A stretch of 63,516 nt of DNA, filler included, from Octopus bimaculoides (GCF_001194135.2; 6 parts of 6 records of this genome joined end to end with filler, not necessarily neighbours in it); one strand, 5' to 3'; shown: positions 39,316 to 53,200, numbered from the whole stretch's first letter. The notes: generated by a model from the sequence alone, not told the origin. Translations and numbers: made by a program.

Positions 39316-40884
39316 GTAAGTCCTGGATAAGTTTTACTGTATAAAACAGTTTCGTACTTAATAAAGATATTTTTATCATTACATTTTTTTAGTGTAGAAT
39401 GCGTTGCCATTCAGGTTTCCTTGATCATCACTTCACTATAGGTACAACCTCAAATTATTCTTAATTAGAATACATATAACCATAAATACACCACGACGTT
39501 TTTACTCCAGCAGATAGAAATAATAAATGTCTACTTTCGATTGGGAAATAACTCATTACAGCATCTGACAAAATGCCTTATGTTTTTTGTCTGTTTGTTT
39601 GTTTCTGTGATTTGTATCGTATTTATATCCAATGTTAAGCTGAACAGTTTCTTTGAACTAAATCTTAGCATCACGAATTGAAAAAATAAGTGCGTTAGAA
39701 ATATCTTTTTTTTACAAGATTCAGCTTTGTAGTATCCTAATCTTTATTCTTCTCAACCTGTTGATTGGTTGATTATAGATCACAATTGCGTTTCTAATGT
39801 TATTTTTGGATTACTAACTGAAGCTTACGGTTATTGGGTTGCAGATAGAGAGAAAATTTACTAATATTCAATTTAAGACAAAATGTGAAAGAAACTTTAC
39901 AGCTAAGTTGTGATGTCAGAAGTCAGCTTCAGTTATATTTAGGGAAAGAACGAATTTGCAGAGATTATCTTCAAAACAGTAGATCATTTGTTTTTCACTA
40001 CAACGCAAAAAGTTCCAGTCAGCTCCTTTTGAGACGCATTTAGTTAAGCGTTTGATTTGAGTGAAGCTTCATCTAAGATCAGTGTGTTGGCGTTCATTTT
40101 CGAGGACTTGGGAATTTGAGATTTATAACACTGTTTCCTTTTTAAATATTGTAAAGTGTTAAGCAGAATCGGCTGATCAGGAATTTACGTTGACTATACC
40201 GCACTGATTTGTCAGTGAGTATGCAATTGGCGGAGAAGGGTGAGGGAATCACGAACTGCAAGAATGGAAATTGCTTGCAGGCGAGATCAATGTGTTTAGC
40301 AATTATAATTTATGTCGTTATAACAAGTTTTGTTAACGCTTGGAGGACTCAACGTTTGAAATTCCTGAGTGTTATGAAAGCACACACTAAGAGAAAGAAA
40401 ATTTGTGGAGGATGACCAATAGGTGTCCATTTGGGAAGAGTTGTTTGTGTGATTACCACTTGTATATGGGTGTCACTGTGACGTTTGGCTGAGTTGGTTG
40501 TAGCTGAGAATTTGTTGCTGATGCGTTCTGATCTCTCATGAGTCACAGAACAATGATATTTTGCTAGTTGCCCATACACAAAAATTTGGGTTTGATGTAT
40601 CACTGTCGTCACGGAGAAAGATTGTCAATAATGTTTGATTATCCCTCAGTCAAGAGAATGGTTACGGGAGATGTATCACATGCTATTCATAAGACAAGTC
40701 ACCGTTACATTAGTGAATGTTTGTAGGTGATATGTGAAAGTTAGGGTTTTAGACGGACAATCGAAGCAAACGGTAGCTGCAAAAGAAATCAAGGTCACGA
40801 CTGGAAGAGATTTGTCATACATGGTGAGAATATAAGATGATATATATTCAGTGTTGCTACCATTTAACATTCGCGTGAGTCGAG

Positions 40885-41002
40885 TTTGCTTTCACCCTTT
40901 CAAGGGTGATAAAATAAGTACCAGCTGAGTATAGGGGTTGGTAATCGACTTACCCGCTTCCCCCAAAATTGCTGGCCTTGTGCCAAAATTTGAAACCAAT
41001 AT
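40885..41002 (+). mobile_element. SINE family B 3' tail fragment
   Basis: Matches 47385-47490. Confidence 0.65.
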
Positions 41003-43530
41003 TAGTGAGTTATAAACATTGCAGATTTGTAGAGGAAAGAAATAAGTTTGCTGAGAGAGCATAACTATGTCAACATCGGAACTTAACATAGCACAACTGT
41101 TCTTATCTAAACAAGATAAATAATAAAAAAATTAGAGATAAAAAATAATAGAAATACTTACCCTGGCCGATGGAATTGTATTTGAGCATCTATGCTGGCA
41201 GTCAAAAACATCACTATACATAGAAATTGTAGAGCAGGTCGCTGTGTTAAAATTGAGCTCAACAAAGGGGTGAACATAATTAGAATACAGTAGTCTCTTC
41301 AATACTGAAATCCAGATATAAAATTAGGATTCCAGCTAGGTAGATAATTAATAAAGTTGTTTCGTACTCCTATGTTGTATCATGTAGAAGATCATTGACG
41401 GAAACTTGCGATTGATTTTATAAGTTGAGCTACATTGTAAAGCATTTGTGATATTTTGTTCTACATTCAAACCGATAAAGATAAGTTTAAAAAATAAAAG
41501 TGTTATAGCATATATAATCATAGAGAAACAATATATACGGCTTCTTTATCCATTTTAGTTGCCTGTATTTTACACATATCTTTTGTAGTTTCTTTTAATG
41601 GTTATTATTTCATTCGATTTCTTCTCAGCCTTACACAAAACAAAATCATCGACAAGCGTGTCATCTTTCATCGAATAAATGTTCAGTAAAGAATAACTAT
41701 GGCCTCATTAGTTTGGTTTTACATATACTAATTATACTCCTTGATGCGTCCTTATCTTCTGCCGCTTCATCTCTTCTATTCCATTTATAAACTTTGGTAT
41801 CGAAGAATTTCATAAGCTGCACGAATTTCCTCCATGTGTTCAGTTTAAACGTTTCTAACAGCCTCTAAACTCTTGCAATATGAAGCAGCTGTTTTAAGAA
41901 CGGTAAAGTCCAAATATTATCAGAATTGAATGTAATTAGATATTTATTATTTCTGGTTTGTGTGTATAAGTCCCGAATCAAATTTCGAATCGTTCGTCGC
42001 TACGATTTCGATTTGTAACAGAATCACATCAACACATTAGCTAGTAAATGGTTAATGATAGATCTTCCAGTTAGTTGACAGATATTTGTGATATAATAAA
42101 TAAATTGAAATCAGTGAGTTCAACACATTCACTAGCATGTAAGTAATCAACTTGACTTCACATTAAAAATCTACGAAGTAGTAGTTTTGATGCCTGATGT
42201 CTGAGATAAGTTGTATCGGTTTGTGACAGCAGGCATCTGACCAGCAAAGAGAGTCAGCAACGATGAGATCTGTGCATGATAGCGGGAAGGGTCGGAGAAA
42301 GGAATGGTGGGAGTGGGGAAAGCAATGATAAAAATAAAATATACATTACCGACCCCACTGTCAGCAGAGCACCTATGTCTTTGCTGATATCAAGCGTGTC
42401 TTGTTACAGGAATGCTATCTGTTTGTACTCGGGCATACGGAGTAACTTCGAATAAATTGCATTGGTGTATTACTGTAAACAAAAATTCCAACTCTAAAGT
42501 ATGGATGCATGTACACATTTATTAATATTACATATGTATGTACGTGTGCACACAAGGCATGGCTGTATGGCTAAGTAGTTTGTTTCACGTCCTGGTGCTT
42601 CCAGGTTCAATCCCACTGCGCAGCATCTTGGACAAAACCAATGATTTCTGAGTGGTATTTGGCTTCCAGAGAGCCGTCGTATGCCGCTTATTATAATCAC
42701 GGATAATATCAATCAATCAGATATTACTATCGAAATTAGTTGATATCAATGTATTTAAGGGAAATTTTAAATTATCCGTTCATTAGGAGGTAAGTGAACC
42801 GCCACATACAAAGAAACATTATTTGTGTAAGGTGAATGATGTGGTGGCGGTCGCAAGACTGTAATGGAAGTGAAGACACCGGTATGCTAACTATATGAGC
42901 ATGGCTGGCAATATGTATGTATGTATGTATGTGTGTGTGTGTGTGCGTGTGCGCGTGCGTGCGTGCGTGCATGTATGTATGTATGTATGTCATTCAGTTT
43001 ATTTCAAAATTTCTTGCCAATAGAGAAAGAACCGGTTTCTAATCTAGATCCAAGGCACCTTCATTGGAATTTCAACATCAACAGCAGGGTATTTTTGTTT
43101 GTTTGTATGTATGTGTTATGTATGTGTGCGTGTATGTATGTATGCATATATGTATGCAATATCACGTCTAATAAGATAAAGTAATAGAGATATACAATAT
43201 ATATATGTATGTGTGTGTGTGTTTGTGTGTGTATGTGTGCGCGCGCGAGTATGTATGTGTATGTGTGTGTATGTATGTAAAAGTGTGTGCGCGCGCTAGC
43301 ATGTGTGTTGATAGGTGTGTGTGCGTGCATATGTATGTATATCCATATGTGTGTGTGTATTTACATAAATACATGAATATGCACATACTCTTATACATGC
43401 TTATAAATTTCCACATCTATACCAAAATTTATTAAACGAAGGGCTATGCAAAAATAAGTTCAATCTTGAAACACACATACACAGACACATACACGCGTGT
43501 GTGTATGAATACATTATATGTATGTATATA

Positions 43531-43937
43531 TACATAGTGATATCTCGTAGTATGAGTTTAATTCGTTCTATGACCGAACTCGTTTTACTATTTACTCGTT
43601 TTATGATTTACTCGTTTTACAAATCAATTTTCGCCATTCAAATTAACTAAAATATAATTAGTCTGTCCCAGCCCCACAAAACTACTCAAAAATAATTTTT
43701 CATGAGTTTTAAAGCAGAAAAGGTGTAGTTACTAGTAAAGTGACGATTGTTAAAAGGAGAATGCAAAAGAAATATGTTAACCAGTTTCGTTAACTGAATT
43801 ACTTTAAAGATGGGACAATTTATGCGTTCGTACGGCAGATTTCCGCTCATACTTTAAGACAAAAATTCGCACGAATCTCGGCTCGTACAACAAATTACTC
43901 GTAAAATGGGGCACTCGTACTGAGAGGTTCTACTGTA
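43531..43937. mobile_element. pogo/Tigger-like MITE
   Basis: Degenerate TIRs taca(ta)gtgatatctcgtagtatgagt / actcgtactgagaggttctactgta, TA ends, internal ctcgt repeats. Confidence 0.6.
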
Positions 43938-43938
43938 G

Positions 43939-43987
<49 letters not shown>

Positions 43988-44674
43988 AAACGTACATGAG
44001 TTTGTGTATACGTATATACTGGTGAATATGTTTTATTACTCTTATATTTTGTGTTTGGCTATAATTTGAAGAGGCTCTCTTGGGTAGTTTTAGCAGATCT
44101 GCTAGCCATTTATAACCAGACTCTGTCTTCAGGTATCTATATATAGTACCTGGTTAGTATCATATCTGTCACCCATGTTAAACGTCTTTTCTTTGATAAG
44201 ACGGGGATAGTTGTTTTTAATTCTAACAACAATTTTCTTCTTCTTCTTCTTCTTCCTCCTCATCCTCCTCCTCCTCTTTCTCCTCCTCCTCCTCCTCCTC
44301 TTTCTCCNNNNNNNNNNNNNNNNNNNNNNNNNNNNNNNNNNNNNNNNNNNNTTAATTAATTAANNNNNNNNNNNNNNNNNNNNNNNNNNNNNNNNNNNNN
44401 NNNNNNNATATATATATATATATATATATATAGACATACACACACAAATATCGAATGCATGTATGTATGTACATACATAAATGTGCGTGTATGTTTATGC
44501 ATTTATTCATATTTCTTTTCTGATAAGATACCTATCTGACACATTTAAAATTAATATGAATTCATTATAAATGTGTTTTCAAAACTAAATGAAATAAATT
44601 ATATGTACTTTAGTTCAGCAAAACATCTGTCGGAAACAAAATGTATCGTACAAAACATTTGTACTTTTCTGTTG

Positions 44675-45062
44675 TTTATCGTGGCACTCCGTCGGTTGCG
44701 ACGAGGGTCCCGGTTGATCCAATTTACGGAACAGCCTGCTCGTGAAATTAACGTGCAAGTGGCTGAGCACTCCACAGACACGTATACCCTTAACATAGTT
44801 CTCGAGGGATATTGAGCATGAGACAGAGTGTGACAAGGCTGACCCTTTGAAATGCAGATACAACAGAAACAGGAAGAAAGGGTCAGAGAAAGTTTTGGTG
44901 AAAGAGTACAGTAGGGTTCGCCACCACCCCCTACCGGAGCCCCGTGGAGCTTTAGGTGTTTTCGCTCAATGAACACTCACAACGCCCGGTCTGGAAATTG
45001 AAACCGCGACCCTACAACCGCGAGTCCGCTATTCTAACCACTGGACCATTGCGCCTCCACTG
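44675..45062 (-). mobile_element. tRNA-derived SINE family E, full-length
   Basis: Minus-strand head ggaggcgcaatggtccagtggttagaatagcggactcgcggttgtaggtcgcggtttcaatttcc with A/B boxes. Confidence 0.75.
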
Positions 45063-45106
45063 TTGCTTATAATCATATATGCATGTGTGCGTGTGTGTTC
45101 TTTATT

Positions 45107-45468
45107 CTTTTATTCTTCTTCAGTCATTTGACTGCGGCCATGCTGGAATACCGCCTTTAGTCGAATGAATCGACCCCAGGGCTTAATTCTTTCTAAGCCG
45201 AGTGCTTATTCTATCAGTCTCTTTGTCAAACCGCTAAGTTATGGAGACATAAACACACCAACATCAGCTGTCAAGCGATTGTGGAACACACACACATATA
45301 CATACATACATGCATATATATATACAACGGGCTTCTTTCAGTTTCCGTCTACCAAATCCACTCACAAGGCTTTTGTCAGCGCGAGGCTATAGTAGAAGTC
45401 ACTTGCCCAAGGTGCCACGCAGTGGGACTGAACCCGGAACCATGTGGTTGGTAAGCAAGCTACTTTGC
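45107..45468 (-). mobile_element. SINE family A copy
   Basis: Reverse-complement match to 37525-37929. Confidence 0.85.
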
Positions 45469-45706
45469 AAACCGAGTTACACTCATTACTCAAACTATAC
45501 TCTGAAATGTGATGCGTCCTCGTATGAAGCGTCTACTCTACCCACCACTCATCTCCCACACTCGGATACCGACAATAAAGGCCTCAAACCATTCCAACTC
45601 AATGGATCCCCCCCTCACTCCCTCACTCTTGCACTTGAGGATGATGATGATGATGATGATGATGAAATTTCGAAGCTGGGTTCTCATTCCTAAGGTATTT
45701 CCCCAA

Positions 45707-45752
45707 GACACCTGATGAAGGCTGGAGGGTATATCAGCCGAAACGTTGTGTT
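45707..45752 (+). ncRNA. Intact minimal type I hammerhead ribozyme motif in a SINE C tail (45665-45808)
   Basis: Stem I GACAC/GTGTT, CTGATGA 45712-45718, one extra A, stem II GGCTG/CAGCC, GAAA 45740-45743, palindromic stem III ACGT, cleavage triplet GUU. Confidence 0.78.
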
Positions 45753-46052
45753 AACAACAAACAAGATGAAGACAAATATCCGTCAAATGTAAATAATGTA
45801 AATAATGCGCTAATTTCTATTGTTCTAAAACGGGTGGTTCACCCGCTCGGAAAGCTCCCGCCTCCGTTTCGCTAACTCACATCACAGCCAACACAACCAC
45901 TACAACACACTAAATCTCATCAAAATGTATGCCCCTCCACCCCACCACGCACACTACTACTACTACTACAACCACCATTAGTATTACTACCACCACCACT
46001 ACCACTGCCATGACCATTTCTACAATCACTGCTGTCCTCCAGCATCCCATAC

Positions 46053-46481
46053 TTTTCTACTCTAGGCACAAGGCCTGGCATTTTGGGAGAGGGGGCCAGT
46101 CGATTAGATCGACCCCAGTACGCAACTGGTACTTAATTTATCGACCCTGAAAGGATGAAAGGCAAAGTCGACCTGAATGGAATTTGAACTCAGAACGTAA
46201 AGGCAGACGAAATACCGCTAAGCATTTCGCCCGGTGTGCTAACGTCTCTTATTTCTTTATTGCCCACAAGGGGCTACACACAGAGGGGACAAACAAGGAC
46301 AGACAAAGGGATTAAGTCGGTTACATTGACCCCAGTGCGTTACTGGTACTTTATTTATCGACCCCGAAAGGATGAAAAGTAAAGTCGACCTCGGCGGAGT
46401 TTGAACTCAGAACGTAACGGCAGACGAAATACCGCTTAGCATTTCGCCCAGACTGCTAACGTTTCTGCCAGCTCACTGCCT
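46053..46481 (-). mobile_element. Two adjacent SINE family B copies with different 3' tails
   Basis: Bodies at 46053-46248 and 46249-46481. Confidence 0.8.
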
Positions 46482-47216
46482 TTCCAGCAACCCATACTAC
46501 TACCACCATCACCACCACCACCACCTCAACTACTACTACTTACTGCTGCTGCTGCTATTACACTACATGTATCGCCATCACTACGAATATCATCTCCACC
46601 AACTCTACCACCACCACCACTTTTACCATCATTTTGTATTTTTTTTTACCATTTTGATAATTTAAATGTCATTTTGAGTAAATTAAAGGCTTTAAGTTGA
46701 TCTTCATCTTATTTCTCATTTTTCAAATTATCGTTCTTCTTTATTTCTTCATCCCCTTATTTTTCTTCTTCATTATTTTTTGTTTTTACCTTCTTCATTT
46801 TCCTCGTTCTCTTCTCATTCGTCGTTTTCTTCTTTTCTTCTTATTTTCATTCTTCTTTTCCTTCCATCGATTTTTCTTGCTCTTCTTCTTATTCATTTTT
46901 TACTTCATCTTTTTTCTTCTTTATCTTTATCTTATTCATTTTCGTCGTTTTCTTCTTCTTCTTCTCCTCCTTCTTCTTCTTCCCTTCTTTCCTTCCTTTC
47001 TTCTTCCTCTTCTTCTCACCGTCCTCATCCTCCCTCTTTTTCCTTCCTTCCTTCCTTCTTCTTCTCATCATCATCATCGTTGTTGCTATGCATTTTCGAT
47101 TTCTTCTATTATTCCTTCTTCTCCTTCTCAACTATTATTTCCCTTTTTATCTCTCTTTTCCCTTAATCTTATTTGTTCTTTATTTCTTCATCATTACTTT
47201 CTTCTTCTTCTTCTTC

Positions 47217-47280
<64 letters not shown>

Positions 47281-47490
47281 GACCGTGAGCTGGCAGAAAC
47301 GTTAGCAGCGGGGAGAAATGCCAAGCAGTATTTCGTGTGTTTTTGTTTTGAGTTCAAATTCCGCCGAGGTCACCTTTGTCTTTCATCCCTTCGAGGTCGA
47401 TAAATGAAGTACCAGTGACACACAAGGGTTCATGTAAACCACTTAATCTCCTCCCTCAAAATTTCAGGCCTTGTGCCTATAGTAGAAAGG

Positions 47491-47537
<47 letters not shown>

Positions 47538-47747
47538 GACCGTGAGCTGGCAGAAACGTTAGCAGCGGGGAGAAATGCCAAGCAGTATTTCGTGTGTTTT
47601 TGTTTTGAGTTCAAATTCCGCCGAGGTCACCTTTGTCTTTCATCCCTTCGAGGTCGATAAATGAAGTACCAGTGACACACAAGGGTTCATGTAAACCACT
47701 TAATCTCCTCCCTCAAAATTTCAGGCCTTGTGCCTATAGTAGAAAGG
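47281..47747 (+). mobile_element. Two apparently identical tandem SINE B copies (period 257) embedded in (ATT)n
   Basis: 47281-47490 repeated at 47538-47747. Confidence 0.9.
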
Positions 47748-47782
<35 letters not shown>

Positions 47783-47783
<1 letters not shown>

Positions 47784-48337
47784 GAGTGAGAGAGCAGTGC
47801 ATGGCATCAAAGTGACACTGGGGTAAAATATATGAAGCCCATCATACCCATCATGACTACCCGTCTGATAAGGGAACACTAGGCACATGCATCACAACCA
47901 TATGTGTTCAACATGGTGATCTCATACCAAGATAAACAGTGCATGACCTTGGAGGTGGGGCCCAGTTAGAATTTTCTTCAGGTCGGGTAGCCCATCCCGT
48001 TCGAAAGATCCCTGAATATAGTTTGTTTAAGGATGTTGAGCAAAACACCCATGTTTCCAAAGGTGAATTATTCAAACCCCAAAGAATTCCTCTCAACACA
48101 TGGCTATGATACTCCCCCACTACTTCTGCTCCTGATCAGAGATGCACATATCGTCAGCCACTAAGGGACATGCTCAACTGGTTAAGGTCAAACAACTGAC
48201 AAGCAAATCTGTGGTATTGAGTAGAATATTTACTGTAGCCCATCTTTTATCGCCAGACAAAACAATGTACATGATAACACTTCCAATCAATTAAGATCAG
48301 AAGCCATGAGAACCACTGCCTGGTACTGCATCCAGGC

Positions 48338-48340
<3 letters not shown>
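47783..48340 (+). repeat. ~560-bp complex unit inserted between (ATT)n arrays, class uncertain
   Basis: Non-simple sequence bounded on both sides by ATT arrays; no ORF recognised. Confidence 0.4.
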
Positions 48341-48371
<31 letters not shown>

Positions 48372-48381
48372 GTTATTGTTA

Positions 48382-48413
<32 letters not shown>

Positions 48414-48423
48414 GTTATTGTTA

Positions 48424-48463
<40 letters not shown>

Positions 48464-49800
48464 NNNNNNNNNNNNNNNNNNNNNNNNNNNNNNNNNNNNN
48501 NNNNNNNNNNNNNNNNNNNNNNNNNNNNNNNNNNNNNNNNNNNNNNNNNNNNNNNNNNNNNNNNNNNNNNNNNNNNNNNNNNNNNNNNNNNNNNNNNNNN
48601 NNNNNNNNNNNNNNNNNNNNNNNNNNNNNNNNNNNNNNNNNNNNNNNNNNNNNNNNNNNNNNNNNNNNNNNNNNNNNNNNNNNNNNNNNNNNNNNNNNNN
48701 NNNNNNNNNNNNNNNNNNNNNNNNNNNNNNNNNNNNNNNNNNNNNNNNNNNNNNNNNNNNNNNNNNNNNNNNNNNNNNNNNNNNNNNNNNNNNNNNNNNN
48801 NNNNNNNNNNNNNNNNNNNNNNNNNNNNNTTGCCTTTCATATCTTTCAGTGTCGATAAATTAAGTACCAGTTACGCACTGGTGTCAATGTAATCGACGGT
48901 CCCCCTTCCCCCAAATTTCAGGCCTTGTGCTTATAGTAGAAAGGATTTTTATTATTAACTTTACCCTTCTCTTCTTTCTATCTTTCTTTCTTCTTCACCT
49001 TATTCATACTGTATTTTTTTATCTTCCCTGTTTTCTTCTTCATTATTTTTACCTTGCTCATTTTCATCCTCCTCTTATTGTTCTTCTATTTTATTTTCCT
49101 TTTTTCTTTCTCATCCATTTATTTCCCTCTTCTCTCAATGTATCCTTCTTTCTCCTTCATCTAAATCGTTCTTTATTTCGTCGTCTTCTTTATCGTCATT
49201 GTTCTCTTGTTTTCCTTCTTTCCTCCATTTATTCCTCTTTTTTCTCATCTCTGTATCTTTCCTTCGCTCTTCTTCCTGTCAGTTCATTATTTCTTCATCT
49301 TCTATCGTTTTTTCTCCTTCATCTTTTGACTCTAAAATACAACATATAATCTATTCCTAAAAAAATAAACGACAAATAAACAGCCATCCAATAAATCGTG
49401 ATAATGGCGTCCATTCCTTGTCGTCTGATACTAAAATATCTCAACTAAATTAGTTTTACAAATTTTAGGATTCCCAAACGGAGGCTGACAAATGAAGACA
49501 ACTGATTAAAGTTCTCAAATCAATACAATAAATACTTAAACACAGTAAAGGGGTGTGGTGGGACGTTGTGAAATATCTTATCCCCCAAAGAAATGAGAGT
49601 ACAAGTTCGATAGATATTCAGTGGGTTCGATCTACATTGAGAATGTAATCTAGGCGCGTACACTTCTCATGAATCTAATTTGAACATATTACACAAGACG
49701 GAATGTAACCCTGCCTTGTGTACATGCCATGTTTTAGTACGTATTTAACTATATTGTGTATGCAGTGCCTACTAACGCTATATTCTGTGTCATATAGATA

Positions 49801-50118
49801 GGCGTAGGAGTGGCTGTGTGGTAAGTAGCTTGCTTACCAACCACATGGTTCCGGGTTCAGTCCCACTGCATGGCACCTTGGGCAAGTGTCTTCTACTATA
49901 GCCTCGGGCCAACCAACGCCTTGTGTGTGGATTTGGTAGATGGAAACTGAAAGAAGCCCGTCCTATATATGTATATATATGTGTATGTGTGTGTGTATAT
50001 GTTTGTGTGTCTGTGTTTGTCCATCCAACATCGCTTGACAACCGATGCTGGTGTGTTTACGTCCCCGTAACTTGGCAGTTCGGCAAAAGATACCGATAGA
50101 ATAAGTACTAGGCTTACA
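49801..50118 (+). mobile_element. SINE family A copy, truncated by a gap
   Basis: Close match to 37525-37830. Confidence 0.88.
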
Positions 50119-50218
50119 NNNNNNNNNNNNNNNNNNNNNNNNNNNNNNNNNNNNNNNNNNNNTTAATTAATTAANNNNNNNNNNNNNNNNNNNNNNNNNN
50201 NNNNNNNNNNNNNNNNNN

Positions 50219-53200
50219 AGGCAACTTTCATCAATAAATATCTTCCACAACTAAATATGAACACATAATATAGAACACTACTAACCTTTTCAATTAATAC
50301 CACTAACCCCCATACATCCCATACACCATTCACATTACACATCTATATCTACCCTAATTGCACCAAATCCAGAACTACTTACCTCCCTTACACATATTCT
50401 TTTAACTCAGGGACTAGTAGGCCTGACACCGTTCAGTAATCGGTGTGCATTCAAAGCCATGATTAGTAACATTATGAAACCCCTATGCTTTTGAATCTCT
50501 ATAACCATTCACAATAATGAATTTTATTACTTTTTTCCTACCTCAGTTCATATAATTTTATATATCTATCGTTACTTTTCATAAAATGCCGTTACTTTTT
50601 TATGATTTCCAATGTGCAATTTTGCGTATTTATCTTCTTACTTTCCCCCTACATTTCCACGTATAGTTTCTATTTTGTAACATATTTCTATTGTATTTCA
50701 CTCCACGTGAGATTGAAAATGCCACAAACACCAAACTCTGCAGTTAAAACTCTGAACGAAGAGACTCTTAAAGGACTAAAAGAGATCAACACGAATTTGA
50801 GAGTTTTAATTAGCAATATCGATGAACCCATTCGCTTTACACAAGAGGCAAAAGAAGAGGAAGAGAAAGAACAATCTCTGGAACAGCTCAATCAACATTT
50901 TTCCGAATTATGCACCACTCTTCATTCTTTACCTCACAATAATTACTTAAATGAAAATCCACCTGCAGATGATACACAAGATAGAATCCCCTCTACGCTT
51001 ACACTATCAATTAAAAACCGCATTATCCACATATGGAATGAAAAACTTAAAGTCAGAAAATTTTCTTTGTGGAACATGATGAAAAATAACCACAAGGTAA
51101 ATTTAGGAACGCTTGTTAAATTCTACACCAATAATTTTGCCTCATAAATTCCAAATTAAAAGTATTCCAAACGAGCAGGACCAACAAAGACAATTAAGGG
51201 AGAAAATAACACTGGAAAAAATGAAGACAGAAATAGAACTCCTTAAGCTTAGAGCGCTAAGCATTGAACAGAAATTTAAAAACATAGATGAGGAAATCTA
51301 CAGCGAACTAAAGAAACATTCAGATGGTCAACGCTTGGAAAGTGTTTTTAAACTTGCGAAGCTGAAGAAACCAATTCCCCACAACGCTGGGAAAGACGAG
51401 CCAATTTCTTTATTAGCTACAAAACACAGTTCAACATAGAAAACGCATCGGATAACCCCTTTCTAAAGAAAAATAAACCAGAAACATACACAGAAATGAA
51501 TCCACGCTTATCTAACACAAACCACAGACGATCTAGGGGACACAACCCCACCGACCTAACCTCTCTTACACCCCAAAATAACTTACAGACAACACTAAGG
51601 AATTCAGCCCACAATAGAAAATCTGGACGTAATCCTCAAGGCATCCTATATACAAATCAAAGGTTCCATCGACACCTTCAGACTAACCTAAACTTTTGGG
51701 AACCAATACCTACCAATCCACCCCCATTATTTCACAATAAATAGAAAAATTTACCCCCGAGACTTAACCCTCTACATCGTTACTTCAATCATTCAACTAG
51801 ACACAACCTAACTAGACAACATAACTTCTCCCTCCACCCACATTACAATATTAAAAATAAATTTAACCCAAATCACATCAGCCATAGACAATATAACAAC
51901 CCTCAGTACAACCATAATCTAGCCCGCTACACAGTCACTCCACCACAAAAATACTACCACAGACACTTTACACCCATTTTCTCCTCAGCAAACCAAACAC
52001 AATACAGACTTTACACAACAATCCACCAACTACAACCAGTTTTTAGACCTAAATCAGAGAAAAAGATGTGAAATGGAACATGTACAAGAACAACCGAAAA
52101 TAATCAACTTATCAAAGAAAATCCTAAGTATTACACAAACTAAAATTCTAGTAAGAGGTTTAAAATTTACTCCAGCTCCTCGCAAATCGAACCCGAATGA
52201 AATTACGGATAACACTATGGATTTCTGGCGAAAACTACGCCTCACAGAAGCACTTCACAACTACACCAGCGAAGATGACTTAGTAGTAAAAAATAAAAGT
52301 GAATACTGTCCTACAAAAGGCAGAAATAAAGCACTTGATGCTTCTTGTGAACACATTACCAGTTTTCCTTTTAAAACCCTACAAAAACAACGAATTAAAT
52401 CCAACCTCAATGTAAATGAATGGAAAGACCTACTCGAGTTTTAAAAAATGATATAAACCTCACCATTAAAGAAGCTGTCAAAGGAAGTGAAATATCGGTG
52501 ATGGACACAGAGTACTACAAAAAGTTAATACTCTCCATGCTGGAAAATAATATTTAAGAGAAGATAGTACAATACAACCCACAGAAGACACTTAAAAACT
52601 TATCCTCTTTACTTCAAATACATGGAAAGGGCCTCACTAAACATGAAATTGACTATTTATCCAATTTTAAATACAGACCTAGTCTATTCTACGGATTACC
52701 TAAAATACACAAAAATCCACATATTTGTAAAGCTTGCAAAGTTTTTCCAAGCCTACTGACCTCAAACTGAAACCCATCATTGCTGGCCCTGCTTGTGAAA
52801 CCCACCGTTTGAGCAAATCCCTCGACATCTTACTCAAACCGTTTCTAAAATATGTGTAAAGCTTCATCAGTGATGACTTAGACATGCTTAACCACCTCCC
52901 GAAGACAATAAATGAAGGGTGTGGTGAATTTGTATACCAATATCCCACACAATTATGGTATAAAAGCGATCATATTCTGGCTAGAAAAATACCCAGAAGA
53001 GATCCCAGGTCGCATCAACAACAGATTCATAATCGCAGCGCTCAAATTCATCCAACTGAACAACTATTTCATATTCGATACAGTTTACTATCGACAAAAA
53101 TATGGAATTGCAATGGGAACCCGAGCTGCTCCAGTGATTGCGAACCTATTAACGGATTACCTAGAGCTTAAAATATATCAATCATTACTAAAAAAATATG

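Noticed and set aside
40170-40870. Hydrophobic ORF fragments suggestive of a GPCR pseudogene
   Set aside because: Many stops in every frame and no diagnostic motifs.
46697-49349. Phe/Leu-rich ORFs at 46.7-47.3 and 48.9-49.3 kb
   Set aside because: Degenerate CT/CTT low-complexity DNA.
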